Shown here in pieces: positions 52,421 through 64,000 of a DNA stretch of 64,000 bases. Source of the DNA: Octopus bimaculoides. Lineage: Eukaryota. How positions within the stretch are numbered: the stretch's first letter is position 1; each line of letters begins with the position of its first letter. The translations under genes and the position numbers were made by a program. The notes under the pieces were generated by a model. The model worked only from the letters and a program-made list of their open reading frames with translations. It ran no database searches and had not been told where the DNA came from. The stretch spans positions 123,567,997 to 123,631,996 of the forward strand of contig NC_068982.1 in assembly GCF_001194135.2 (NCBI RefSeq), in the 5' to 3' direction.

Positions 52421-52953
52421 NNNNNNNNNNNNNNNNNNNNNNNNNNNNNNNNNNNNNNNNNNNNNNNNNNNNNNNNNNNNNNNNNNNNNNNNNNNNNNNN
52501 NNNNNNNNNNNNNNNNNNNNNNNNNNNNNNNNNNNNNNNNNNNNNNNNNNNNNNNNNNNNNNNNNNNNNNNNNNNNNNNNNNNNNNNNNNNNNNNNNNNN
52601 NNNNNNNNNNNNNNNNNNNNNNNNNNNNNNNNNNNNNNNNNNNNNNNNNNNNNNNNNNNNNNNNNNNNNNNNNNNNNNNNNNNNNNNNNNNNNNNNNNNN
52701 NNNNNNNNNNNNNNNNNNNNNNNNNNNNNNNNNNNNNNNNNNNNNNNNNNNNNNNNNNNNNNNNNNNNNNNNNNNNNNNNNNNNNNNNNNNNNNNNNNNN
52801 NNNNNNNNNNNNNNNNNNNNNNNNNNNNNNNNNNNNNNNNNNNNNNNNNNNNNNNNNNNNNNNNNNNNNNNNNNNNNNNNNNNNNNNNNNNNNNNNNNNN
52901 NNNNNNNNNNNNNNNNNNNNNNNNNNNNNNNNNNNNNNNNNNNNNNNNNNNNN
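52421..52953. other. Assembly gap (533 N) flanked by (TA)n
   Basis: Run of N. Further gaps at 19408-19417, 51401-51410 and 56233-56242. Confidence 1.
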
Positions 52954-52981
52954 TATATATATACATATATATGTGTGGATA

Positions 52982-53058
<77 letters not shown>

Positions 53059-53409
53059 ATATATGCATATTATAGCCTCAGGCTGACCAAAGCCTTGTAA
53101 GTGGATTTTGTCCATGGAAATTGAAAGGAGACTGTCATATATATGTGTATATTTGTGTGTATGTGTGTGTGTTTGTACCCCCACCATTGCTTGACAAGTG
53201 ATGTTGCTGTGTTTACGTTCCCATAATTTAGCAGTTTGGCAAAAGACCCTGATAGAACAAGTACTAGGCTTACAAAAAATAAATCCTGTGGTTGATTTGT
53301 TTGACCAACAGCGGTGCTCCAGCATGGCTGCAGTCAAATAACTGAAACAAGTAAAACAATAAAAAAACTATGCCGTTTTAATTCTGAGCAAGGCCAGGCA
53401 TCTCTGCTA

Positions 53410-53463
<54 letters not shown>

Positions 53464-53471
53464 TTTCTTTT

Positions 53472-53510
<39 letters not shown>

Positions 53511-54680
53511 TCTCCCATCTATTAAAGGAGACACAAGCAATTTCACACTTATGTTTACACATGATGGGAACTTCCACCCACCAAATTCAAATTCAATCAC
53601 AAGGCTTCTAGAGGCTATAACAGAAGACACTTGCACAAAGTGCCACATAGTGGGGCTGAACCTGAAACCATGTGGTTGAGAGACAAGCTTTCTAAACACA
53701 CAGACTTCTTTCACTTTCCATCTACCAATTCACTCACAAGGCTTTGTTGGCTTGGGGCTGTAGTAGAAAACACTTGTCCAAGGACAATGTGCAGTGGGAC
53801 TGAACCCCAAAGCATCTGTTTGGGAAGCAAACTTTTTAACCATACAACCATACCCGTGTGTACCTGATTTAATATATTTAAATTGAGTAGAATATTTATA
53901 TAAAAAAAAAAACAACTTCCAAACAAAAGAAGACATTGCATTGTGTTATCAGTAAGCAGAAGCATCACTAACAATGCACTAATGTTTGATATAATTTCAT
54001 TATATAGCTTGTCTTCAACAGCAATTTCCATAAAAGTTTAACACAGGGGATTCTAATCTATGCAAATATCTAAAAGAAGGCACATACTTGATATGGTAGT
54101 GTAAGAATATATTTGTTATGAGTGGATTTTATTGGTTGATTTGGTGATGGCCAGTTCACTTGCCGAATGAAAATGCATTTCTTGGGTTTGTGTGAAGAAG
54201 TATCAACGTCCATGAACATTAACAGATTTTATTACTGCACATAGAACTTAATTGTGTTGGTATTTTACAAATAACAACAATAATTAGATACTGGGGGAGA
54301 CATACTACTTGGAGTTTACAACAAGCTTACTGATACAGTAATTTGTGGCTGGCTTGTCATAACTGGAAATAATTGTGCAATATCCATGGCAGTGGAGATT
54401 CCTATTGACTATCTGGCTGTGGCAAAAATGGAGACACAATGTGCTCCTGCCTCAACATTCTGCAATTTATCTTAGCTGTCTGCATGGGCTGTCTGGTTAG
54501 TGTGGAGGCACATATCACTCAGCTGCCTTCCAACGCTCTGCAATAAATTATCACCAAAAGTGGCCTTTTATTGGACACAGGAAGAAGATTTTTGAAAATT
54601 GAATCACATGGTGGCTTGATGCTGATTGGTTACTTAATAGACTGCTATTGTGGTTTGCTTGTGATGTCTGACAGGCTACC

Positions 54681-55070
54681 TAACACTTGGACATGAAACT
54701 CAGCTTGCGAAGACTTATTGGGGCAAGCGAAAGCGAAATCGGGATGGCACCTGTGCCCAGCGTCGCCTTTCTGGCACTTGTGCCCGTGACATGTGTAAGG
54801 ATTTTCAAACGAGATCGTTGCCAGTGCCCTTGGACTGGCTCTTGTGCGGGTGGCACATAAAATACACCATTTTGAGCGTGGCTGTTGCCAGTACCGCCTG
54901 ACTGGCCTTCATGCCGGTGACACGTAAAAGCACCCACTACACTCTCTGAGTGGTTGGCATTAGGAAGGGCATCCAGCTGTAAAAACTCTGCTAAATCAGA
55001 TTGGAACCTGGTAATCCATGCTAGCATGGAAAGCGGACGTTAAACGATGATGATGATGATGATGATGATG
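54681..55070 (+). mobile_element. SINE-like repeat (family C) with (GAT)n tail
   Basis: Ends gcatggaaagcggacgttaaac followed by (gat)n; matches the 37034 copy. Confidence 0.88.
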
Positions 55071-55227
55071 ATACTGATAAAAATCCACTACATAGAATTA
55101 GTTACCATTTGATGAGCATAATTTGGGGCTTTTTCTTTTTCTTTCTTTTGGCAAAATAGGGTTGGTTGCAGGATGGGCATTTGTAAAACATTTTGGTTAA
55201 AAAAGGTCACTGAGCAACAAAAGATTG

Positions 55228-55773
55228 NNNNNNNNNNNNNNNNNNNNNNNNNNNNNNNNNNNNNNNNNNNNNNNNNNNNNNNNNNNNNNNNNNNNNNNNN
55301 NNNNNNNNNNNNNNNNNNNNNNNNNNNNNNNNNNNNNNNNNNNNNNNNNNNNNNNNNNNNNNNNNNNNNNNNNNNNNNNNNNNNNNNNNNNNNNNNNNNN
55401 NNNNNNNNNNNNNNNNNNNNNNNNNNNNNNNNNNNNNNNNNNNNNNNNNNNNNNNNNNNNNNNNNNNNNNNNNNNNNNNNNNNNNNNNNNNNNNNNNNNN
55501 NNNNNNNNNNNNNNNNNNNNNNNNNNNNNNNNNNNNNNNNNNNNNNNNNNNNNNNNNNNNNNNNNNNNNNNNNNNNNNNNNNNNNNNNNNNNNNNNNNNN
55601 NNNNNNNNNNNNNNNNNNNNNNNNNNNNNNNNNNNNNNNNNNNNNNNNNNNNNNNNNNNNNNNNNNNNNNNNNNNNNNNNNNNNNNNNNNNNNNNNNNNN
55701 NNNNNNNNNNNNNNNNNNNNNNNNNNNNNNNNNNNNNNNNNNNNNNNNNNNNNNNNNNNNNNNNNNNNNNNNN
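55228..55773. other. Assembly gap (546 N)
   Basis: Run of N followed by (TA)n. Confidence 1.
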
Positions 55774-55832
<59 letters not shown>

Positions 55833-56128
55833 TGAACACAGTAAAACAGAAAACAAAAAAATGTAAGAGTTAAGAGTAACTTAAACTAACATTTCTTAGT
55901 AAAAGATTTCTAAAACTCTTCTACACTAAATCTCACCCCACCCCACGTGATACACACACCACTGCTATTCTCAAGCCTGTAGAAAATATGTCATCTTTGT
56001 CTCAGCCTCACTTATGTATGAACTTGGTTAACTTCAATCCATCATCTTTCCCCAACCAACCAACCAGCCAACCAACAAACCACTCAAACAAATGTCTTTA
56101 TAACTCTCTCTTCTGAACTCCATCTATA

Positions 56129-56161
<33 letters not shown>

Positions 56162-56190
56162 TGTATGTGTGAGTCTGTGTGTATATATAT

Positions 56191-56232
<42 letters not shown>

Positions 56233-56287
56233 NNNNNNNNNNATATTATGTATGTGTATACACACACACATGTACATACACACACAT

Positions 56288-56340
<53 letters not shown>

Positions 56341-56899
56341 GACGTATATATTCCCTGAAGCTACATTAGAGCCATTCATTTCTTTTTTTGCTTCTTATGT
56401 TCTTGTAATTCCTTCTGTTACGAGATGCCAAGGAATCAAATGTTTGCCATTCTTCTGCTCCTGTGAAGTCTTTACAGGTGATATTTATGGGAGATTGAGT
56501 ATTTAATCTTGTCACTTATTTCTCATTTCATCCATTCTTTTCTGCTTTTTGAAATATTTCTTTACACATAATGAATAAATAAATAAAAACACAAACAACA
56601 GCAACCTTGTCAACAATAGCAACATTATTGAAAATAGCAACAACATTATCAATAAGAACAATAGCAACATTAATGATTTCTTACGTTCACATAAGGCCGT
56701 ACAGTTTTAGGGGTAGGGAGGGGTGAGGGCGGGAACATTCGATTAAATTGACCGTAGTGTATTACTGGTAGTTATTTTGCTGTCCCCGGAAAGATGAAAG
56801 ACAAAGCTAACCTTGGCCTGATTTGAGACACAGAATGTAAAGAGATATGATTAAAAAATTGCAAAAAAATTTGTCCACCATTTTACTGGTTCTGCGTTG

Positions 56900-56913
56900 C
56901 AACAACGACAACA

Positions 56914-56981
<68 letters not shown>

Positions 56982-57049
56982 AGCAGGCGCCGCTGCCACC
57001 GCCACCGTCTCCACCGCCTCCGCCGTCTCCACCGCCCCCACCCCACCCC
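56900..57049. repeat. Compound trinucleotide repeat (CAA)/(CTG)10(CTA)10/(CCR)n
   Basis: Read directly from the sequence. Confidence 0.95.
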
Positions 57050-57589
57050 AATATAGTACAAAACATGTTAGAGAGAAAGTTAAAAAAGATCTGGCTATGT
57101 CCATAGTTACAATAAACAGAGAGGGGGGAACCTAATACTCTCAATGGAAAACAGGTCTAAAAGATCTTCTTACATTGGCACAATCTTCTTTTTCTTTTAC
57201 TTATTTCAATCACTGGGCTGTAGCCATGCTGGGAGCATTGCCTTAAAGGATTTAGTTGAACAAATTGACTCCAGTGCTTATTTGCTGGTGAAGGTTTTAT
57301 GTGGCCAGAGTGCAAATCCTACTTCAACCTCTTTTAGTTGCCTCTTACAACACGCAGAGGAAATGTTGGGGCTATTCTTTCAGATGCTGGTTCCTGAGCA
57401 GCACTTGACTGAAAGACAAAGTTGACCTTGGTGGGATTTGAACTCAGAATGTAAACAACTATAAGAAATACTACAAGGCATTTTGTCTGACTCTCAAACA
57501 ATTATGCCACTTCTAAGATTAATTATTCCTTTACATTTTCTCCTTTTTTTTGCTGTCCCTGATGGTTTCACACTTTTCTCCAGTCTCCA

Positions 57590-59340
57590 TTTCCTCGCTA
57601 TATCACCATTAAACAATGGGGATGGAATTATTATTTGGAGACTCTGGCTGTCTCCATGCTAGAGGATGAGAATTCTGATTTTCTTGGTTCCACAACTCAT
57701 CTTCTTGGTTCCTTGTGGCAACCCCAGATTTTTGATGACTCAAGATCCAAAAATACAAGGGAGATGAGAGAGAACATTCTTGTCTGACTGAGTATGTGAT
57801 TCATAATGGTTCTGATGAATGGGCATGTAGTTTGACTTTGACCACCTGGTAGATACTATTATATACTAAAGTGATCCAGCATTTGAAAATAGGAGTGAAA
57901 CCAGGCGAATAAAGGACTGCTGCCAAATACCGATGATTGATCTTATCAAATGCTTTGAAGTGATCCAAATGAATCATGGAAACCAGATTTATTATTCACA
58001 ATGTATTGCATGAAGTGGAGGTTATGAATAGATCTACCAGAAATCATGCTCATATGTGTACTTCTGACCACACTACCGACAACAAGATTCCGCTTCTTTG
58101 CGAGCACCTTGGTCAAAATCATGAAATCTGCATTATTCAGTGGAAATTGTCAATGACCCCTCCCCTTGTGTGTCCTTCCTTTTCTCGGAGAACAAAACTG
58201 GAAATGCTACCAGTCTATTGCCAGCTGTGATAGATGTCTGCCAAGAAAGCTGGTGTAAAGATCATAGATCAGACCATCCAAATCAAGAGATTTTTCCCAT
58301 CACACAGTCACTTGTGGACCATACTTCAGTTGCTGATATCAGTGTTTAACAGCACTTTGCCATTTCTGCTGGAAACTGCAGTGGATCATCAAATCAATGT
58401 ACTAAAGTTCACTACTTCCACTCCACCACTACCCTAAAAACAGCTGAGCAAAGTGCTCCTATAAAACCATACACATCTATCTGGAATCAACTAGCACACA
58501 TTCACCATAGTCTATCAAAGACCTAATTGTGGTTTTACTACCATGCCACATCTCTGCTACCCAGCCCCATTGAATGGCTCTTGTGTCCTTGTCTCTAAAA
58601 GCATGTTTGTCTGTTTTGACAATGCAACCTATGGGTTTCAAGTTGAAGAAATTATTGAATACATTTTTTTTGGCTACAGATACACTGGTTGTGATGTATT
58701 TTCCAACTGCATCTTCTAGTCCTAATCTATTGTATTTTAGTTCTTCTTCTTTGTGCACCTTACCAACTCTGCTTTATTGGTTCTCTTCAGAGAGAGACCT
58801 ACGACTGATTGTTGATGACTGCTCTCATTACTTCCCACTTAATTAGTTTACTAATCAATTCATTATTATTTTTCCTGGTTAAGTAATATGTGCAGCTTAT
58901 TAGTAATCAGATAATCTTCGGTTGGTAGGTCATGTAAATCATAAAATTGTATTCTATATAGCAAATCAGCTGAAACAGTGGCCACTCTATTCTATCACTA
59001 TTTGTTGATCTAATAATCAATATTATCTAGATATGATCTGAATGACCCAATACTGTTTGTCCGTATCCTCATTAGTACATTCTGGAAACCCAATCAGTAC
59101 CTGTTAGTTGAAACTACCTGAGCAGGTTGTGAGGTTTCTACAACACCATCTATCAAATACTCATCACGCTGTTCTTGTGCACATCTAAGAGGACACATTT
59201 GCCTCCCATTAGCACTACCTAGCAGAGCATTTTCATAACTTGCTCCAGCTAGGGCATAAATGATTGCTAGTTTGAAAGTATTGCGTTGCTGCCATTCACT
59301 CTGGGTCCTGGAATATCATCCGTACCTTGAGGTCCCATCC
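57590..59340 (-). mobile_element. Decayed L1/Tx1-clade LINE ORF2 (endonuclease, linker and RT)
   Basis: Minus-strand ISGRSIHNLH, IHLDHFKAFDKINHRYLAAVL...GF.PIFKCWI...SVRQECSLSSPLY match Tx1 RT motifs. The linker ORF is 58477-58758. Frameshifts and stops present. Confidence 0.85.
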
Positions 59341-60481
59341 TTTCTCAATCAGCACTGCTTTCCCTTTGATCTGGTTGACTGGAGGATGATGCAGACTCTT
59401 TAAAGTAATCAAAAAGAAATGTGTATTTGCAGCCATGCACATTTTTTTCCTGCTGGTTTCATTGATAGCCACCACTTTTTTATCTTGTGACCTAAGGTCA
59501 TTAAGCAACTGACCTTTCTTGCAGGTTGACCCCCCCCCCTACCCCCTGATCACAAGTATTTATAAAGACAACTATGTATTTTTAGAATTATGCCAGGATT
59601 AAAAGAGGGGTAATCCAGTCTTTTGTGATGGCACATGGCCAAGTAATTAGAGTGTTGCACTCATGATCTTGTGACCATGGTTTCAATTCCCAGATCAGGA
59701 GTTGCATTGTGTACTTGATCATATTGCTGCAACTATTTGAGTAACTCTGCAATGGATTGGTATCCTGCTCAGGAACCAATGTTGCAATCAGCCAGTCATA
59801 CAGCATGGAAATTAGGTAACAATCCCTCTGACTCCTAGGACTCAAGACAGTAATGTCCAGGGGTTGATTATGATGATGATGATGATAATAATGATGATGA
59901 TGGTCTTTTTGATAAGGAGGTGAGGATCCTTAAAAAAATTGCTTAGCTTCTATCCTATGGTGGATTCCAGCATTATGTGGGAATCTTTTACTTAAACTTC
60001 TGTAAACTTCTGATGAAAACATTACCAGAAGTTTATCTGTTGTTGCTGACAACAACAACAATAATTGCTGAGTGTGCATATTTTTCTCCAGAGGACTTGT
60101 CAACTATTTTTGCAGGCTTAACGCTTGAGTGATTGATTATAGTTAATAGTTCACATATTGGTACAATTATCTAGCCAGCACCTCCTTATATTTGCAGCAT
60201 TAACAAATTACTATTGTATGCACTCATTACAAAAGCAGTGCTCTTTTATTTGTCTTAAAGAGGCTATGTACTATTAAGAGATGTGTTGGTATTTAATCCT
60301 TTGAACATAGATCACTGCCTGCTGTAGCGAGAAGGAAACCAACAGCTGGCAGCAGCAGCAAGAACAAAACTAATCACTAAAATATACAGCAGCAAATTCT
60401 GAATGGATGTTTGTATTCTTTAACAACAGATGGACTCCTATAATATATTCATAATATACAAAAGCATGTATCACACTTAAT

Positions 60482-60512
<31 letters not shown>

Positions 60513-61271
60513 TGTGCGTGCACACACACTCACACACACACACACACATACAAACACACACACGTAAACACACACATACATACATACATACATACATACA
60601 TACATACATACATACAAAGGTTTCTCAAAAAGCCCAGAACTGTATCCATACTGCAACTTTTGATATTTTTGGGATAAAAAGAAAACTTTTCTCTGCTCGT
60701 AATTAATTTAGACAGATTAATGTTGGTAGTAGTTTTACAGTAAATATTGAAGTTAAAGCACCGAAGAGTGCTTGTGGCAGAACAATTTATTTATGATGTT
60801 TAGAAATGGCAATAATTCCTCTTTATGCTTACCATTATTTTCACTTCATACTTTGCTTGCATTCTTATTATTATACACTTTTAGATCTCCCCATGAGATT
60901 AGGCTTTCAGATGCCATAAAATTAAAAATTTTGTCATGAATGGAAAGAGGCTATTTTTCTAAGTCTTTACTTATTCTCATCATACCAGCAATCTCTCTTG
61001 CTCTGCTGCCTTGGGAAAGCCTTTATAGAATTGAGTTGCTTCTTGCAAGATGTTCTATAAACATGATTAATTGATAACTAATCATAGAACTTTATTAATC
61101 CTCTCAAATATATATGAAAGTTTGTTTAACGTCAATCCTTACTTATTTTGAAAGCATGCAAACTTTAATCATAAAATGTATAATTCTGCAATTAATCCCC
61201 ATTCTCTAAAATGACTGGTCTTGTACCAAAATTTGAAACCACCACCACCGCCGCCGCCACTGCTGCTGCTG

Positions 61272-61305
<34 letters not shown>

Positions 61306-61307
61306 AA

Positions 61308-61617
61308 GCATATGGTTTAGTGGTTAGGGTATTCTGCTCCTAATTGTAAGGTCATGAGTTTGATTCCCAGTGGCACATTGCATCCTTGAGCAAAACACTT
61401 TATTTCACATTGCTCCAATCCACTCAGCTGGTAAAAATTAGTTCTACCTGTAATTCTACCTGTAATTCAATACACTCTGTATCATGCTGAAACTCCCTGA
61501 TAACAATGTTAAGGGTACAAGTGTCTGGGGAGTGCTCAGCCACTTGCATGATAATTTCACAAGCAGGCTGTTCCAGTGATCGAACCAACTGGCACACTTG
61601 TAACTGATGGGGAGCCA
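61308..61617 (+). mobile_element. Diverged tRNA-derived SINE (family A)
   Basis: Head tggtttagtggttaggg...tttgattccc; 3' part matches 4330-4500. Confidence 0.75.
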
Positions 61618-61813
61618 GACCTATTAGAATTTATTTTGATATTATTATCAGGCCTGTAAGGGCTGCACAGATGATAACACACTGAGCAGTAATTAATTTC
61701 ATTGATTAATGAAATTCTGCCTGTCGGCTTTGGCATTGCATTTTAACCTACCATTGGTCTGTCGGAGATATTTACCATATTTCATTAGACAGAATTCAGC
61801 TGCTTGAAAACAT

Positions 61814-61853
<40 letters not shown>

Positions 61854-63393
61854 TGTGTGTGTGTATAAATTATTATATTATGCAATCCAAATTATTACTA
61901 GATGAAGAAGTCACTACTGGCTGGGGTACACCAAAATGCGGTGGACAGAGGACTTTTCACTTAGTATTTAAGATATACATTGGCAAGTTTATACATTGGA
62001 GTTTAATATTGGTTCCAATCACAGATATAAGTCTCCTTTCCTCCCGTTATTACTACTGTGTATAAAATAGACAGAGATTTTGTAAATCAATGTCAATTCC
62101 AATAAATATCATCCACTTGTTGCAGAGAAGGGATTGTTAATATATGAAATAAAGATTTTTTATACATAAACTTAGGAAACGAACTGCTGTGAAGTTTATA
62201 CCTTTCCTTAAGAGATTTTGAGAAGTAAATAAAACTTTTCTTATTGAGAAATGAAATATGAAATAATCACAGACACAACTTGCTATATATTTTCACTGCT
62301 TTCAATTCACAATAACTCGAAAGAAGTAACTCAAAAAATAAGTAATTCAAAAGAAGTGTAATGATGAAGGGTCTCACAGGTCTTGTACTGGGACATTGTC
62401 TTTCTTTACAAGAATTACTGCTTTGAGATGAAAATGCAAAATATAACTTACCATGCTCCTGAGAAGGTTATGTTCACAATCAGATTAATATGAAAAATTT
62501 CCAGAGAAAGTCTAAGATTGCTAATACTGATTCTCGTTAAGACTACTTTCAATCAGGTTAAAGAAGAGAAAAATTTCTCAAAAAATCGATATCAGTGGGT
62601 TAGGTAGATTTAATCCAATGCTGTGGTAATCCAACATTTTTCTGTTTGAGTACGTTTCATATTGGTGTTTCTTGCTCCTAAACAAACAACGAACTGGATC
62701 TAATCTTGCAGTATTCTAGAATACCAATGCAAATAAACATGTATGTAATCTGAGTTATTGGTACTGTTATGTGTATGTTTGTATCTAAATACTTATTATT
62801 TCTAACGAGTTGCTAGTTAATCATGCATGAGCATAGAAATATTTTGGTGTCAGTGTTTTACTATTTCTGTTGATACTGCCAGCATTTTTACTTCTGATTG
62901 CTTCTTGATATACCACACTATGACTCACATCCCATAGCACTGATATGATATTCTTGGCTTTTGACATACTTTCCACTGGTTACTAGTGCATATCATAGTT
63001 TATTGGAGTTTTTGTTGCTAATAAGATCTTCAAAAGCATTACCACAATAAGCAATAAAAAGGGGGTTGTCTTTCGCAAAGCTTGGTCAATGATTACAGTA
63101 ATTTACTAAAGTAAATCATTAATTCCTCTAAAGAATATTATTTCAGAAATATGTTGAAGTAGCTGAATTGTATAAAACAAGCAAAGTACTCCAGACATTT
63201 CTGTCAGATGTAATATTCATTGCATCATAAAAATCTCATTACATCTATATTCTACATTGTGATTCTTCTCCATTGACTGGTATCAATTCCTTGTCAGATA
63301 TTCTTGCAAACTCTGTATCTGGGGTTCCATTATAAGATTTGGTATTCAAGTTTTGTTGGTAGAAGTTTTGATGCCAGGCCTAACAAGAAGAAA

Positions 63394-63577
63394 TGCTGGG
63401 CAAAATGTTTACTAACATTTCATCTGTTTGTATGTTCTGTGTTCAAATTCTGCTAAGGTTGACTCAGCCTTTCATCCTTTTGGGGTCGATAAATCAAGTA
63501 CCAGCTGAGCATTGGGCTTGATGTAATTGATTTACTCCTCCCCTGAAATTGCTGGCCTTGTGCCAAAATTTGAAATT
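63394..63577 (+). mobile_element. SINE (family D) with an (ATC)(ATT)n tail
   Basis: Matches 46100-46310. Confidence 0.75.
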
Positions 63578-63593
63578 ATCATCATCATCATCA

Positions 63594-63628
<35 letters not shown>

Positions 63629-63721
63629 GTTATTTTATAGAATTTTGCTTTGCATTTGTACAAGTTGGATCCATGTCTCACCCAGAGACCTCAAGAGACA
63701 ACAAGTTAGAAGTTCATGTAG

Positions 63722-64000
63722 TTATTATTATTATTATTCAGTAGTTTTATTTTTATAACGTGTTTTCACTTCACTACTGAGCGCAGCTCTGTGCGCCTTG
63801 GGTATGTACTGTGGTTTGCTGTGGTGTTCTTATGGTTACTGTATTGAAAGTGTTTTGCGTAGGATGTGTGCAGTGCCCAGTAGTGCAATTTTCAGTATGT
63901 TATATATATTTGTAAGTCCTGGTATTTTTGTTATGTATTTGTCTGAAGATTTTTTTATTATGCCTAAGGCACCTACTATGATAGGAATTGTTTCTGTTTT
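63722..64000 (-). mobile_element. 3' end of an RLE-type non-LTR retrotransposon (R4/NeSL/Hero-like)
   Basis: Minus-strand TIPIIVGALG and KIALLGTAHILRKTLSIQ* (stop at 63836-63838), then a short 3'UTR and a (TAA)n tail. Confidence 0.8.

Noticed and set aside
52304-55866. Long ORFs of 210-338 aa in the ORF track
   Set aside because: They consist of N gaps and (TA)/(CA) microsatellites.
62380-63340. Coding-like minus-strand remnant (possible transposase or helicase)
   Set aside because: Only short open stretches, with no motif I can assign.

Overview
AT-rich, intron-rich animal DNA with dense microsatellites, tRNA-derived SINEs, MITEs and decayed LINEs. The repeat families look like octopus; this is recognised from memory, and Octopus bimaculoides is only a guess. 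There are five N gaps. One protein-coding gene is well supported: a + strand BTB-BACK-IVR-Kelch6 gene, orthologous to IVNS1ABP/NS1-BP (KLHL39). I assembled it by hand from 11 coding exons (25582-43519). All introns are GT-AG with matching phases, giving a 2106-nt CDS (701 aa plus stop), and there is a probable extra upstream exon at 23647-23710. Upstream (about 9-18 kb) lies a CpG-rich zone with nested foldback MITEs that carry TTAGGG repeats in their loops, plus a fossil Merlin/IS1595-type transposase. There are weak hints of a divergent minus-strand transcript. The region 44-64 kb holds only repeats and gaps. I found no CRISPR array, intact RNA gene or intact transposon, and no clearly new multi-gene system. 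The best leads are two conserved-Arg positions that are one A-to-G change from Arg (candidate A-to-I recoding sites), unusual splice architecture in IVNS1ABP, and the Merlin-type foldback family.
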